DNA from: Verrucomicrobiota bacterium
GTDB lineage: Bacteria > Verrucomicrobiota > Verrucomicrobiia > Opitutales > Cerasicoccaceae
DNA length: 64,000 nucleotides
Direction: 5' to 3'
NCBI GenBank assembly: GCA_039818205.1
Contig: JBCBUK010000001.1
Span: 512,001 to 576,000 of the forward strand
The stretch's first letter is position 1. Each line of letters starts with the position of its first letter. A program made the position numbers and the translations under genes. Positions 48,763 through 60,724 of this stretch are shown here, piece after piece. The notes below the pieces were generated by a model. The model did not search any database. It was not told where the DNA came from and was given only the letters and a program-made list of their open reading frames with translations.

Positions 48763-51117
48763 CTAAACTCCTCGAATATTCCGATATCCCAGTGGCGTGT
48801 ATCCCGTGTTCTTTTTAAAAACCTGGCAAAAATGACGGGTGTGCTTGAAACCTGAACGGGTCGATACCTCTTCAATCGAAATACCCGTCCGAGTTAGGAG
48901 ATCTTTCGCCGTATTCATCCGCGTTAGCAACAAGTGATCTGCAATGGAGTGTCGCATCACCGCACGACAGCGATTTTCCAACGTCCGCCGGCTGACTCCG
49001 CTGGCGGACACAATTTGTTCGATTGTGGGGTGCTCGCTGTAGTGACTTTCGATAAACCGAGTTGCGCGATTAAGAGCAGGATCGTCCGAGGCTGGCCCAC
49101 GGGTACTTTCCCGCTCAATTACAATCCTCGGACTCATCTTAATCAATCGCCCGAGATCATGATCATTCTGATCAAGAATCGCTTCAATAGCTTCCATCGC
49201 AAGGTAGCCAGAACGTTCAAATCGGATATCAATGCTACTGAGTGTTGGTTGGCTGTGGTGCGTTAAGAAAACATCATCATCAACTCCTAGAATGGCCAAA
49301 TCCTGGGGAACTCCAATTCCGTTGTACTTGCAGATATCCAGGATCACGCAACTCAAGGCATCATTGAAGGCAAATAATGCGGTGCGCGTCGGTAATTGGA
49401 GGACCCAAGCTTCCAGTGCCTCAAAGGTATCCAGTACCGAGCCCTGAATATTCGCTTCGTCAACCCCATCAGCCAGCAGGGTCTCTCTGTATCCTTGGTA
49501 ACGTTCTTCCGAACGTCGATCAATCGATTCCGTGAGATCATTTGCCGCAAAGGATCCATACCCGCAGTAAGCAAAATGCTGATAGCCCTTTTCAAGGAAA
49601 TGCTTGGCAGCCAATTGGCCAACCTCAACGTCATCAACAGCCAACGACCAAGCATTTTCAAATATCCGTTGATGGCCAATACTGACTAAGGGACGCACAC
49701 CCGTCAGCTCATCCGGAATCTTAAAGCGGCCGACCACAATGAATCCGTCGTATTGCTCAGCATCGGTGAACCCTAGCTGACTCATCTGATCCGCTGCCCA
49801 TTGATTAATTGATATGCGTAAATCGGGCCGCTTGCGCGCGTAGGTTTCCGCTCCGTGCAAGGTATCAAGGGCGGCCTCACCGTTTAAGGTCGTAAGGATG
49901 CAAATGTCGCGACGCTTCGGGGCTTCTAAAACCTCAACACCAGCAGTGGGCTGATCGCGCCGTAGAAACTCTTGGCGGTACTCGCTGGGAGAGACCCCTT
50001 CTGCGGCAATAAACTGTCGCCTTAGATTACCCGAATCCTGATAAAGGAGGTCACTGATGCGCTCGAATGCAAGCTTGGTCGTTCGAAGGTAAAACTTCAC
50101 CCGATTAATCCTGCGAGCGATGATATGGTGCTGCACGGTGCAGCCCAACTCGTCGTGAAAGAGAGTCTCCAAGACCCGCAGGCTAACCCCGGCCCTGGCC
50201 GCAATGTCTTCACAACTCGGCGGCTGACTAGGGTCAATATCCTCAATGATTTTCAACGCGACCTGGACAGTTTGATTGGGCGAAGAACTGTGCCCAGTCG
50301 ATTCCCTCAAGATTGCTTTCGGGACCGGTGATCCTGGAGGTGCCGAGGTTCTTCCATGATTCAAGTATTCAACCAGCCGCAACAGATCCTGGTAGGCCAA
50401 TTCTTGTGCATTGGTATCGATGCTAGTTAACCAGGGTTGCCCCAGCGCGCATAATAAGCGGTCGTTGTCGACCCCGACCAAGGCAATGTCTTCTGGGATG
50501 GATAGCTTCTGCATCCAACAGATCTCCGCGAGTTCCAGGCATCCGAGGTCGTTGTAGGCGAAGACACCCGCTGGTTTGGGAATACTGGCGACCCATTCCA
50601 TCAACGCGGCATAGCCAGCTCGGCGATGTTGGCTGACACAATTCTCAAGGTCCTCAACCCCCAGCGCGGTCAGACGCTCGCAGAACCCCGCGTAGCGTTT
50701 CTCGCTACGGGCATCGCATTGGGCGTTGTCACCTCGTAAGCCATCGTAGAACCCGTAGCCGACTAAGCCGAGATCGAACATGATATCGGCCGCCAACCGG
50801 CCCACCGCATAGTTATCCATCGGTGTAGCAAAAAGCCGACGCGACACTGCATTGTCATCGATTCGAATCACCGGTTTTCCCTCGGGCAACTGAGATAGGT
50901 CTTCCTCGCTCGTGCCTAAGACAAACCCATCATACCGCGACAGGTTTTTGAGTGCTAACGGAGTTTCTTTAGTGATGATATCAATGCGCGCTTCGGGAGA
51001 ACCTTCCTGGATATAGCGAAGTGCACCGCGGAGAACATTCCGTCCAAACGACATCTGCGCATTGGCGATCACACCAATCCGAACTTTTTCAACGTCGGTT
51101 TCTCCTCCTGTTATCAT
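48763..51117 (-). CDS. Tandem double XylR-type regulator (two LacI-like sensor + AraC HTH units)
   Basis: Each motif occurs twice: DNYAVGRLAA / DDVEVGQLAA, VFAYND / LFAFND, IPEDIALVGVDND / VPQDLAILGVDDD, LRESTG / ERESTR, GVSPSEYR / GYTPLGYR. Confidence 0.88.
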   Translation of the reverse strand: MITGGETDVEKVRIGVIANAQMSFGRNVLRGALRYIQEGSPEARIDIITKETPLALKNLSRYDGFVLGTSEEDLSQLPEGKPVIRIDDNAVSRRLFATPMDNYAVGRLAADIMFDLGLVGYGFYDGLRGDNAQCDARSEKRYAGFCERLTALGVEDLENCVSQHRRAGYAALMEWVASIPKPAGVFAYNDLGCLELAEICWMQKLSIPEDIALVGVDNDRLLCALGQPWLTSIDTNAQELAYQDLLRLVEYLNHGRTSAPPGSPVPKAILRESTGHSSSPNQTVQVALKIIEDIDPSQPPSCEDIAARAGVSLRVLETLFHDELGCTVQHHIIARRINRVKFYLRTTKLAFERISDLLYQDSGNLRRQFIAAEGVSPSEYRQEFLRRDQPTAGVEVLEAPKRRDICILTTLNGEAALDTLHGAETYARKRPDLRISINQWAADQMSQLGFTDAEQYDGFIVVGRFKIPDELTGVRPLVSIGHQRIFENAWSLAVDDVEVGQLAAKHFLEKGYQHFAYCGYGSFAANDLTESIDRRSEERYQGYRETLLADGVDEANIQGSVLDTFEALEAWVLQLPTRTALFAFNDALSCVILDICKYNGIGVPQDLAILGVDDDVFLTHHSQPTLSSIDIRFERSGYLAMEAIEAILDQNDHDLGRLIKMSPRIVIERESTRGPASDDPALNRATRFIESHYSEHPTIEQIVSASGVSRRTLENRCRAVMRHSIADHLLLTRMNTAKDLLTRTGISIEEVSTRSGFKHTRHFCQVFKKNTGYTPLGYRNIRGV

Positions 51118-51278
51118 TCCAAATTCAACTTCCTCAATTACACTAAGTTTTGTTCTCCAATACAGCCACTAAGGCAAGCGATCGCGTGATGCACAATTGG
51201 TCCTCCCAAATGAATGATCCCTCTACAATTCGCAAAATCCTTTATGACCGGGCACATCTCGAGTAGTAACATTGCCGC

Positions 51279-52769
51279 TTATTTTTTGCGTTCTTGCCGC
51301 TCGGCAATCTGATTAACAAGCGCATCATATTCTTCAAATCGCTCGGGGCGGTATTCGTCAAATGGCTTGCCTTCTCCGGTAATACGAGGGTCACGCTGAT
51401 CAGCCAACCGATCGAGCAACTGAGCACGCATTTGCTCTTTGATGACGGAGTATTCCGGATTAACCGCGAGGTTCTCCAGGCACTCAGGATCTTCTGCGAT
51501 GTTGTAGAGCTCTTCATCCGGGCGTTTACCAAAGCATAACGCATATGTCGGCCTCTCCAGCTCCTTGTACACCAATTGCGACTTCGTTGGACTCCAGTCG
51601 GTGTCCCGCCAACCACCTTCTGGATTTCCACTTGGCCAACGATCGGATTCGAAATTTACCATATAGACGAAATCGCCGGCATGTAGGCTACGCACTGGAT
51701 ACCCCCAACCGTTGGGTCGGCACATATCGTTGCGCTCGCGACCCGTTAAAACCGATTCACGATCGCTCACGGTCTTGGCGAAGAAATCACTGAGACTCTT
51801 TCCTTCAATCGCCTGCATACCGCTGGCAGACTCACCAATCTGAGCGGCTTCCAATATCGTTGGAGCCAAATCAATAAAGCTGGCAAACTCATTGCACGCC
51901 CGGCCAGGATCTTTAATTTTTCCAGACCATTTCACCACAAAGGGGACCCGAGTGGCGAATTCATGTGGGTGACCTTTGAAACGCGGGAAGGGCATCGAAT
52001 TATCCGAGGTCGCAATAATCAAGGTGTTATCCAACTCGCCCGCTTCTTCAATCTGTTCGAGAATTTCGCCTAAGTGCCAATCAAAGTATTCCACCTCAAC
52101 GGCATAGTCGAGGATGTCGTGTTTAACCGCCTCCGAATCGCCCCAAAAGCTGGGGAGAAAATCTAGATCTTCGAGGCTTTTGCCTGATCTGACTCCGGAT
52201 TGATACTCGTAACCCCGATGAGGCTCTTTCGCCCCATACCAAAAAAAGAATGGTTGATCCGTGGGTTTGTCGTCCAAGAACGCTCGAAAATTTTCCGCAT
52301 AATCGTAGGTCGCGACATTCTTCGTCGGAAGGTCTTGCTTCTTAATCGAATTGTACGCGGTGCCAGTCAGGTTGCGGCCTTTAGGATGAATTCCAGGGTT
52401 CCATCCCTTGCCGGTGAATCCCGCGTGGTATCCATTTTCGCTCAAGGCTTCGACAAAGCTCTTGAACTTGACGGGCCATATTGGTTTGTGGTTCGCGGCA
52501 CCGTCTAACTGCCAAGGATTGCGCCCCGTTAATATGACCGCGCGTGATGGTGCGCATTTACTTGATGGCGTATACATGCGGGTGAACCGCAACCCATCTT
52601 CGGCCAGCGAATCAAAGTGCGGTGTTGAGACAAACTCATACCCATAGCAACTCGCGTGTGACATGTCATCAGCGCAGACAAACAGTATGTTTGGCCGATC
52701 TAACGCAACCAGTAATGGAACCAACCCAATCGAGGTCAGCAGCGAAAGGGCTAGCGATCGTTTTGTCAT
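51279..52769 (-). CDS. Sulfatase S1 (Cys-type, sulfamidase-like branch)
   Basis: [49 protein letters not shown]. Confidence 0.92.
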   Translation of the reverse strand: MTKRSLALSLLTSIGLVPLLVALDRPNILFVCADDMSHASCYGYEFVSTPHFDSLAEDGLRFTRMYTPSSKCAPSRAVILTGRNPWQLDGAANHKPIWPVKFKSFVEALSENGYHAGFTGKGWNPGIHPKGRNLTGTAYNSIKKQDLPTKNVATYDYAENFRAFLDDKPTDQPFFFWYGAKEPHRGYEYQSGVRSGKSLEDLDFLPSFWGDSEAVKHDILDYAVEVEYFDWHLGEILEQIEEAGELDNTLIIATSDNSMPFPRFKGHPHEFATRVPFVVKWSGKIKDPGRACNEFASFIDLAPTILEAAQIGESASGMQAIEGKSLSDFFAKTVSDRESVLTGRERNDMCRPNGWGYPVRSLHAGDFVYMVNFESDRWPSGNPEGGWRDTDWSPTKSQLVYKELERPTYALCFGKRPDEELYNIAEDPECLENLAVNPEYSVIKEQMRAQLLDRLADQRDPRITGEGKPFDEYRPERFEEYDALVNQIAERQERKK

Positions 52770-54586
52770 CCCTGCTTTGGAATAAGCTTCTTAGGGATAC
52801 GGAGCTTCTTGTCATCGGCACCGACAGCGAAGTCACTGAGATAGTACTCATTCTCCTTTGTCCAATCGACTTCAAGACGGCGATCACCGAGGACAATGTC
52901 ACCCAGCTTTTTGCGGAACCAATCCGCCAGCGCCTTATACTCGGGATCATTGGCAACATTGTTGCGTTCATCGGGATCGACGCGCAGATCATAGAGGGCA
53001 AGTTCGGCTTTGTCGCGCGGACATGTCAGCGCCCAATCGATGTTCTCGCCTGGTGCGTAGGCGGGGCCTGGCTTTCCATTCTCTGGTCGAGTCCGCATGG
53101 AAAAGGCAAAGTCCTTGGTGCGCATATAGGCCCGTGGTCCGGCAATCGCATTGATCTCACCCAGGATATACTCGCGGCGAGCGGTACCCCGCACCGTCCG
53201 CATCAAACTGGCGCCATCCAAGTGGGAAAAATTGTCGGAACCTACGTCAACCCCAGCAGCCTCGAAAAACGTTGGCGCGAGGTCTACATATTCCACGAGT
53301 TGCTCACTGTGAGCCCCCTTCGGGAACATACCCTTTATTGAAGATGCTGCGACAATCGCATTTCGCGTTGAGAGCCCCCAGGGAGTAAATTTGGCTTCAA
53401 TCCCCTGCTCTCCCAAGTGCCAGCTATGATCACCACATACGAAAACAATAATCCAATCGCGGTCACGCTTCTTACAGAACTCTTTGAAGGCTTCGATCGA
53501 GCGCCCGATCTGGGCGTCACCGTGCGCACAGAAAGCGTAGTAATCGCGAATGGCCTGCCGCTTCTCATCCTCAGTCATTTCTGAAAAATTGAGGTAGTCA
53601 AAAAACTTCTTCATCTGAGGCGGCAACTTTTCGACCTCCGCTAGATCGAACTCCGGTATGCGGTAGGGAATCTCCACCTCTTTCTCCATGAAAGCTTCGC
53701 GGAACGACTTCGGTGGAAGGACAGGTGTGTGCGGGAAGTGATACCCCAAGTTTGCAAACAAGGGTTTTGGATCATCTGCGTTTTTCTTCAGGTAATCCAC
53801 AAAGGCGTTGGTGATCTCACCATCCTGCGTCTTGTCTGCTGGCTGAGTACTCTCGCCACCAATGATCAACATATTCTGCCCGCGGGTATAGGCGCGCAAC
53901 ACGTCATGTTTCTTGTCTGCGTTTTTACGGGCTTTAATATCCTCGTCAGTCAGTTCGGCGTCCTGACGGTTGATGTAGAACTCCGTCGTTGTTCCGTCCG
54001 GGTAATAGTAGACTTCGACGCGTCCGCGGTCTCGGTCTTTCTGCCAAATCTCCTCAACATGAAAATCAGATCTCCCCTTGGCGGTAAGGTCATTCTTCTT
54101 ATCGACTCGAAAATCATACTGATCCACGACATCCCAGGTATTTCCTGGGCCCCAACGGAAAATGCGGTAACCGTGCTTGCCAAACTGTGCGGTGTGGTAG
54201 CCCGCACCACGCATCACCTGTGGGATGGTCTGAGTGTTGGTGTCGACATTTGGGTGAGCACGCTCGAAGCCATAGATACCACTACGAAACGGATACCGCC
54301 CAGTATGCATCGAACCACGTGACGGCGCACAGGCCGGCGAGTTGCAGTATGCCTGCGAGAAAAGGGTTCCCTCGGCCGCCAGCTTATCAACGTGTGGCGA
54401 CTGGACGTAGCCAAGAGGGCTCAGCTTCGTCCCGCTTACTGCTTGGTTGAATGCACTGATCGAGTCTGGCCGTTGATCATCGGTGATGATCCAAAGAATA
54501 TCAGGCTGCTTCTGCTTAGCAGCAGATACACTTCCAGTGACCAGAAGCAAGGCGGAGAAGATGACCGTCGCCAATAATTTTGTCAT
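52766..54586 (-). CDS. Sulfatase S1 (Cys-type); paralogue of 55555..57411
   Basis: [49 protein letters not shown]. Confidence 0.92.
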   Translation of the reverse strand: MTKLLATVIFSALLLVTGSVSAAKQKQPDILWIITDDQRPDSISAFNQAVSGTKLSPLGYVQSPHVDKLAAEGTLFSQAYCNSPACAPSRGSMHTGRYPFRSGIYGFERAHPNVDTNTQTIPQVMRGAGYHTAQFGKHGYRIFRWGPGNTWDVVDQYDFRVDKKNDLTAKGRSDFHVEEIWQKDRDRGRVEVYYYPDGTTTEFYINRQDAELTDEDIKARKNADKKHDVLRAYTRGQNMLIIGGESTQPADKTQDGEITNAFVDYLKKNADDPKPLFANLGYHFPHTPVLPPKSFREAFMEKEVEIPYRIPEFDLAEVEKLPPQMKKFFDYLNFSEMTEDEKRQAIRDYYAFCAHGDAQIGRSIEAFKEFCKKRDRDWIIVFVCGDHSWHLGEQGIEAKFTPWGLSTRNAIVAASSIKGMFPKGAHSEQLVEYVDLAPTFFEAAGVDVGSDNFSHLDGASLMRTVRGTARREYILGEINAIAGPRAYMRTKDFAFSMRTRPENGKPGPAYAPGENIDWALTCPRDKAELALYDLRVDPDERNNVANDPEYKALADWFRKKLGDIVLGDRRLEVDWTKENEYYLSDFAVGADDKKLRIPKKLIPKQG

Positions 54587-54655
54587 AGTGTCTTGTTCAA
54601 GAAATTGGATTTAAGGGCAAATGGACGCATCAGGTGTTCCAAGAACTCGCATGGG

Positions 54656-55306
54656 TTAAAGTTCTCGAATCTTGATATTTCGGTACCAAACCGGGCTCTG
54701 GTGATCCTGAAATTGAATCGGTGCGGGCGAGCGCAAGTGTTCGGGCTTTTTGCTGTTCTCGTGTTTGGAGTACTTGCTTGCAGCGAATCGCTTGTTCCAT
54801 TCCTCGCTACCAATATCAATCTCCAAAATCTTAATGCCGTTCAGCCAATGTTCGATGTGGTCGCCATCAGCCACGATCCGGCCGGTATTCCACTCACCCG
54901 CTGGCTTGTAGGGTTTGTTTTCAATTGGCTCGAGAATGTCATATAAAGCTCCCGCCGATGAGCTGGCTACTTTGCCACGGACATGTCTTTCATCGTCGAG
55001 CACCTGATACTCTATACCCGGCCAAGGACTGCAGCGATAGATCACGCCACTGTTTCCGCCTTCAGCAATCTTCCATTCAAACACGAGTTCGAAGTCTTTG
55101 TATTTCTTCTTGGTGACGAGACTGCCAGCGTGTTCTTCGCCGCGAGTCGCCACTCCATCAACGTAGGTCCAGCGTCCTTCTTTGTCTCCCGTGTAGAACT
55201 CGGAAAGGTCGCCGCTGGCAAGGAGGTCAACGAACTCAGATTCAGCCGACGCTGAAAGTGAGGCGAAAACAAAGGCTACGGTAAGCCATAAATTCTTAGT
55301 CATCAT
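54656..55306 (-). CDS. DUF1080 (3-keto-disaccharide hydrolase-like) secreted protein
   Basis: YKDFELVFEWKIAEGGNSGVIY, EYQVLDD, GEWNTGRI, EHWLNG, FQDHQSPVWYRNIKIREL. Start reassigned to ATG 55306 (MMTKNLWL signal peptide). Confidence 0.92.
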   Translation of the reverse strand: MMTKNLWLTVAFVFASLSASAESEFVDLLASGDLSEFYTGDKEGRWTYVDGVATRGEEHAGSLVTKKKYKDFELVFEWKIAEGGNSGVIYRCSPWPGIEYQVLDDERHVRGKVASSSAGALYDILEPIENKPYKPAGEWNTGRIVADGDHIEHWLNGIKILEIDIGSEEWNKRFAASKYSKHENSKKPEHLRSPAPIQFQDHQSPVWYRNIKIREL

Positions 55307-55554
55307 TAGCAAACGAGTTGTGGGCCCATTAACGCAAAACAGTTTTCTGGGCAGAGAATCGGACCCAAAGCGAGCCAGGCGCATATGCATATCCCTTTTG
55401 CGCGCGCCTGGCTCATTGATCCGGATATCCCAATGAAATCCCGCGGCCTCGCTACCGTTTAACCTGGAAGGAGCTCTGTCTAAAAAAACTGTTTTCGAAA
55501 GAATCATTAAAGTGTGGAAAACGATTTTGGTTAATCTGGGACCTGCTGCACGCT

Positions 55555-57411
55555 CTAGTTAAGACCAACGGATTTCGGCTCCGGAACCAAGCCATCCGGG
55601 ATGTTCAACCGTCCATCATGGGCGCCAACGGCAAAATCGCTCACCATGTATTCGTTTTCTTTGGTCCAGTCGCACTCAAGACGGTTGTCTCCAAGCACGA
55701 TGTTGCCGAGCTTATCTCTTAGAAATTCCGAAAGGCCCCGGTAGTCCTCGTGATAGGCGAGGTTTACTCGCTCGTTGGGGTCGACCCGCAAATCGTAAAG
55801 GGACAACTCTACCTTCTCGAGAGGTGCTTCTAAACCCCATTTGATCTTCTCACCGGGCGCGTAGCCCTCTCCCGGTTTGCCCCAATACGGACGGGTCCGC
55901 ATCGAAAATGAGAAGTCATCGCTGCGTAGATAAGCTCGGGGTCCGCGCACCTGAATCATCTCTCCAATGATATACTCACGCTGAGCTCCCTCGTTCATGG
56001 TCTTGGTGAGACTGAAACCATTCAACCCCGGGTGCACTTGCGGATCAATGTCGGCAACCTCATAGAAGGTCGGCGCGAAGTCGACGTATTCAACCATATC
56101 GTTGACTACCTTTCCGGCCGGAAATTGCTCCGGGTTTGAAGAAACTGCGATCACACTGCCATGCTGCGACTGATACCACGGACCAAACTTTGCTTCAATC
56201 CCCTGCTCTCCCAAATGCCACCCATGATCGCCGCAAACAAATAGAATTAGGTATTCCTGGTCGTTGCGCGCGCAGTATTCCTTGAAAGACTTCACGGCTT
56301 CTCCCAGCAGATAGTCACCCATGGCACAAAAAGCATAGTAGTCACGAATGGCCTGCTGCTTCTCCTCATCGGTCATCCGAGAGAAGTCCATATCGTTGCG
56401 GAGGTCCTGGAGGGTTGGAGGAAGCAGATCGGCCTCCTTCGCGTCATAGTCGGGAACATCGTAGGTTTTCCCAGCAAAGCGATCGCGAAACTCTTTGGAA
56501 GGCAGAACCGGCGTATGCGGCAAGGCAAACCCCAGATGGATGAAGACTGGCTCATTAGTGTTCGGACCTTGAGCAACATCGCCCGTAATCGTCCGGTATT
56601 CCTTATTCTCATGCGCCAGGTAATTCTGCATGCACTTAACGATTGCCCCATCAAGCGTGTTCCAAGTCGTATTCGAAGACACACCGCCAATAATCAACTC
56701 TGGGTTACTTCGCGTGTAAGTCCGTAGGATGTCGAGTTCCTCTTCAACCTCCTCGCGCATTGCGAGCTCTTCTGAGGTCAGTTCTCGGTCTTTGCGACTT
56801 AACCAGAAACTCTTCTCGGTCCCGTCCGCATAGCGAAAGATCTCTTCCTTCCCGATGACCATTCCCTTGCCGTCGTGAACCTCCCAAGGACGATTCCACC
56901 AGAAATCGCTGTGCGATGTTTTCTCAATGGCGTTGCGATGGATCATCGGATTGTAGTGCCCCGGGAACTGCCATTGGTGGTAGCCCTCCCAATCATAAAT
57001 ATAGTACCCGGGCTTTCCGAACGCAGCCGGTTGGTATCCGTGCTCCTTCATCACCTCGGGAATCATGCGACTGGAACAATCCGCCGCTTGGTGGGCCTTC
57101 CGAAAACCGTACATACCGTTTCGGTGCGGATACTTTCCCGTATGCATCGAACTACGCGAGGGCGCGCAGGCCGGCGAGTTACAATAGGCGTTGGTAAATA
57201 GAACACCTTCTGTGGCAAGCGAGTTGATGTTTGGCGATTCAACATAGCCAAGCGCGCTCTCCGAAGTCCCCCGAGTAGCCTGATTGAAACACTCCAAGGA
57301 ATCGCTCCGGTGATCGTCTGTGATAATCCAAAGAATATTTGGCGACTTGGACGCATTCGCCGTGAAGCCAACGAGAAGGAAAATGAATAGGCTGGAAAGA
57401 TATGGTTTCAT
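55555..57411 (-). CDS. Sulfatase S1 (Cys-type); paralogue of 52766..54586
   Basis: [51 protein letters not shown]. Start reassigned to ATG 57411 (MKPYLSSL). Confidence 0.92.
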   Translation of the reverse strand: MKPYLSSLFIFLLVGFTANASKSPNILWIITDDHRSDSLECFNQATRGTSESALGYVESPNINSLATEGVLFTNAYCNSPACAPSRSSMHTGKYPHRNGMYGFRKAHQAADCSSRMIPEVMKEHGYQPAAFGKPGYYIYDWEGYHQWQFPGHYNPMIHRNAIEKTSHSDFWWNRPWEVHDGKGMVIGKEEIFRYADGTEKSFWLSRKDRELTSEELAMREEVEEELDILRTYTRSNPELIIGGVSSNTTWNTLDGAIVKCMQNYLAHENKEYRTITGDVAQGPNTNEPVFIHLGFALPHTPVLPSKEFRDRFAGKTYDVPDYDAKEADLLPPTLQDLRNDMDFSRMTDEEKQQAIRDYYAFCAMGDYLLGEAVKSFKEYCARNDQEYLILFVCGDHGWHLGEQGIEAKFGPWYQSQHGSVIAVSSNPEQFPAGKVVNDMVEYVDFAPTFYEVADIDPQVHPGLNGFSLTKTMNEGAQREYIIGEMIQVRGPRAYLRSDDFSFSMRTRPYWGKPGEGYAPGEKIKWGLEAPLEKVELSLYDLRVDPNERVNLAYHEDYRGLSEFLRDKLGNIVLGDNRLECDWTKENEYMVSDFAVGAHDGRLNIPDGLVPEPKSVGLN

Positions 57412-57773
57412 TGAGGGGGGGGAGGAAAAACTGATGCTAACGCCAAACGTAGCCATTAACGCCCAACGGGGAGGATTGATCGGCACGAATCGCAACGCTT
57501 GAGATAACCAAAAGACCGCCCATTCCCCATACCTAATTTCACCGCTCCAAACCGCTGATCATCGGATTGAAAATCGAATTTTGTATGAAATGGATCACAT
57601 GACGTCTCTAGGGGGACGATTTCAAGCATTGGCCGCATTATATCGTGACCGACCAAAATTCACAAACTATCCAAAAGATAGCGATTTACGAAATTCTACA
57701 AACGCCCAGCTTTGAGGAAGATACGCAGGGCCAAGGCCAGCGCATCTAACGTATCGGAATTGTAACTATTCAA

Positions 57774-58406
57774 CTATTCTTCGAGGTGAAGAATGCCGCG
57801 CTTGAACGCCTGGACAACCGCTTGGGTTCGATCGACCGCATCGAGCTTCTCCCGCAAATTGATAATGTGCAGCTTTACCATGGGGAGTGAGATACTCAGC
57901 TCGTCTTCAATCTCCTTATTACTCCGCCCACCGGCGAGCAGTTTAAGGACTTCCATCTCTCGATCCGTAAGACTCTTCTGGGTTTTGCGCCGCTCAAGTT
58001 TTTGCGCAATGCTACTGGGATAATAGACACCACCCGAGGACACTTCATGGATGGCCTCCATCACGTCCTCAATTTCTCCGGCCTTCTTGGTCAGATAGCC
58101 CTTCACACCTGCCTGCTGGGCTTTAAAAATATCTTCCTCGGTATCAAAGACCGAAAGTAGGATGATCTTTGATCCGGGAAACTCCTCCAAAATCTGCCGG
58201 GTGCACTCGACACCGTTCATTCCCGGCATCTGATAATCCATTGTGATGACATCTGGCTGAAGTTCACGAACACGCTCCAAAGCCTCTTCGCCACTACCCG
58301 CGGAACCCGCGAGCTCCAATCCCGGCTCCAGCGAAATAGTCTCAGTCAACCCAAGACGTAAGAGCGCATTGTCATCCACTACCAAAACTCTCGTAACCTT
58401 TGCCAT
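57774..58406 (-). CDS. NarL/LuxR-family response regulator
   Basis: [48 protein letters not shown]. Confidence 0.95.
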   Translation of the reverse strand: MAKVTRVLVVDDNALLRLGLTETISLEPGLELAGSAGSGEEALERVRELQPDVITMDYQMPGMNGVECTRQILEEFPGSKIILLSVFDTEEDIFKAQQAGVKGYLTKKAGEIEDVMEAIHEVSSGGVYYPSSIAQKLERRKTQKSLTDREMEVLKLLAGGRSNKEIEDELSISLPMVKLHIINLREKLDAVDRTQAVVQAFKRGILHLEE

Positions 58407-58408
58407 AG

Positions 58409-60634
58409 CTAGTCTTTTTCTAAATCTTTTGTATCCGTCAGCTCAACCTCAACCGTCGTGCCCTGCTTGATTTGACTTTCAATCCGAATCTTTCCGCCCA
58501 AGCGGCTGACCCGTTCACGCATGCCCACGAGACCAAAGTGGCCTGGGCGGGATGAGTTTCGCGGATCAAATCCATGACCGTCATCCGTAACCGTAAGGCG
58601 GAAGGCATTCAATGAATAAGACAGGCAAATATTGACATGTTGCGGTGAACCATGCCGAACGGCATTCGTAACCGCCTCTCTGGCAATTAGTAACAAATTT
58701 CGCTCCGCCGAACTCTGCAAACGTCGCGGCGAGCCTTGGACCTCAACCCCGAGCTCGGTATCTGCGGCCTCAGCCAAGGGTTCCAAAGCGACTTTAACCG
58801 CTGACGGCAAATCCATGCGTTCGAGGAGCCCAGCCCGCAAATCCAGGATCGAAGCGCGAGATTCCTCACTACAATGCATAAGCATATCCTGCACGGTATT
58901 GAGAGCGCGCTGACTTTGCTTGGCGTCCACGGCTAGCTCTAGCAATCGCCCTTCGAGGTGTTCGTTGAGTTTCTCCGAGTCTTCGATACTCAGGTCAATC
59001 GCACGAATAATCGAATTCTCCGCTTTGTTGGATAGACGGTTCAGGAGCTTAAATACACCTCGAAGCTGAATCGCCATACCCGCGAGACCTTGTTCCAGGT
59101 TATCGTGTAGCTCCCGCGCGATCCGTTGCCGCTCATCCAAGATGGTTTGCCGCTCAATCTGCTGTCCAATGACACTCGTTTGCTTTTCGACCGTTCGGCG
59201 AAGGACGAGCGCCCAGACCAAGGCAATCAACAATACCGCAAGCAACACGGCCATCACGCTGAAAAGGCGTTCGGTCGTCCACCAAGGTGCCGGGTTGAGC
59301 ACTTGAATATCGTCCAGACCGCGCAGTTGTAGCACCAAGCCGTCGATGTAGAGATGCCAACGCGCCTTCGGGTTCGTGATCAGCTCACAGATGCCGGTCA
59401 ATCGCAGTTGGGCTCCAGGCAACAGCTCCGGCGGAACAACGCCTGGCGGCAAATTTGCCTCGAACGTGTAAGATCCTGAACGGCAGAGCAGTGTAACCCG
59501 CTCCTCCCCATCCGCACTGAGCGGAGAAAAATCAAAGCTCTTACCAATGTTGACTAGCTTGGCATCGATCTCAATGAGTTCGTAGTTCAACCCCGGATCA
59601 ATCTGCTTGGGCAGCTCCACAAAAATTGGCGACGGAGCCGGCCCGCTTTCCAGGACCTCAACATCCAGCGCACGGAAGGCCGGGCTTACCTCCTGCGGCC
59701 AAACCAGCCCTTTAAGCTGAACGCGGTCACCCGGCTCAAACTCAACCGGTTCGCGCATGGCAACGCGCAGGGACGACTCTTCGCCACGCAAAAACAACTC
59801 TTCGCCCGAAACCGAGGTCACCACGCCCTGCGTAATGATGACCTCACGCAATTTCGTGCCTACCCGCATGAGTTCATGGATTTCGAATTCCCGTGGATTA
59901 GCATCCCAGGACTCCTTACGGATTGGCGTAATATCGTCGGCCGAATTGACGAAAAAGATACGCCCAGTCAGCTGGCGTTTCCGATTATAAACCGACCCGG
60001 CTACCGCATCGAAACGAACGAGGCGAAACATCAATTCCTTCACGCGATCGTAGGCTTCTTTCGTAAACGGAAGCTGAGCCGCGACTTCAATCCCATTCAT
60101 CTCAATGCCAATGACGATGACTTCATAACCGTGCACGACCTCCATTGACGTAATACGCCCTCGCACCGAAACCCAGTCGGAATCGATTTTAGTATCGTAG
60201 AGTTCGTGGAGGGAAAAGATTCGGGCTTCCGGCAATGGCTCGTGACCAATTCGCTCCATCTGCTCGGGATAGATCGACGGAAACAAGTGGCCGCGCTCGG
60301 TACGACCGATGACACGGATAATATCTCCCGCGACGACTCCATGGACTTCACCCGGAAGGACGCCAAGGCGCACGTAGATCCCATAGTCTCCATCGAAAAG
60401 AAAAATCCCGTGGCGCCGCGGGTGAAGACGCACAACCTGTCCTTCCAAAACGACCGGTAACTGTTGCCCAGCCTCCTCGGGCTCAAGCTCGCGAACCGAT
60501 TTAATGCTCGTTAGCGGCCGAGGCTCGACACTCGACTGCGCCCAGCCAGTTATCGGCAAACCGATCAGGAACAAAAAGAGGAACAAGCGAACCATGGACG
60601 CGTACATCACCAATGAGATTAACCTAATCGGCAC
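58409..60634 (-). CDS. Sensor histidine kinase (HisKA_3 type) with a large periplasmic domain
   Basis: Signal/TM, a repeated periplasmic region, PWWT-TM, H-box [44 protein letters not shown]. Confidence 0.93.
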   Translation of the reverse strand: MPIRLISLVMYASMVRLFLFLFLIGLPITGWAQSSVEPRPLTSIKSVRELEPEEAGQQLPVVLEGQVVRLHPRRHGIFLFDGDYGIYVRLGVLPGEVHGVVAGDIIRVIGRTERGHLFPSIYPEQMERIGHEPLPEARIFSLHELYDTKIDSDWVSVRGRITSMEVVHGYEVIVIGIEMNGIEVAAQLPFTKEAYDRVKELMFRLVRFDAVAGSVYNRKRQLTGRIFFVNSADDITPIRKESWDANPREFEIHELMRVGTKLREVIITQGVVTSVSGEELFLRGEESSLRVAMREPVEFEPGDRVQLKGLVWPQEVSPAFRALDVEVLESGPAPSPIFVELPKQIDPGLNYELIEIDAKLVNIGKSFDFSPLSADGEERVTLLCRSGSYTFEANLPPGVVPPELLPGAQLRLTGICELITNPKARWHLYIDGLVLQLRGLDDIQVLNPAPWWTTERLFSVMAVLLAVLLIALVWALVLRRTVEKQTSVIGQQIERQTILDERQRIARELHDNLEQGLAGMAIQLRGVFKLLNRLSNKAENSIIRAIDLSIEDSEKLNEHLEGRLLELAVDAKQSQRALNTVQDMLMHCSEESRASILDLRAGLLERMDLPSAVKVALEPLAEAADTELGVEVQGSPRRLQSSAERNLLLIAREAVTNAVRHGSPQHVNICLSYSLNAFRLTVTDDGHGFDPRNSSRPGHFGLVGMRERVSRLGGKIRIESQIKQGTTVEVELTDTKDLEKD

Positions 60635-60724
60635 TAAATTTCATCCCAAGGCAAATAATTTACGATTCGCAGTTAGAAAAAGCGCACTCAGTCTGACGAT
60701 TCACCAACAATTTCGGCACCAAAA

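Noticed and set aside
55307..55507. N-terminal extensions given by the ORF track (also at 3823, 15238, 39965, 47166, 57495, 62689)
   Set aside because: Downstream ATGs give typical signal peptides or an RBS. The extensions look like translated intergenic DNA.
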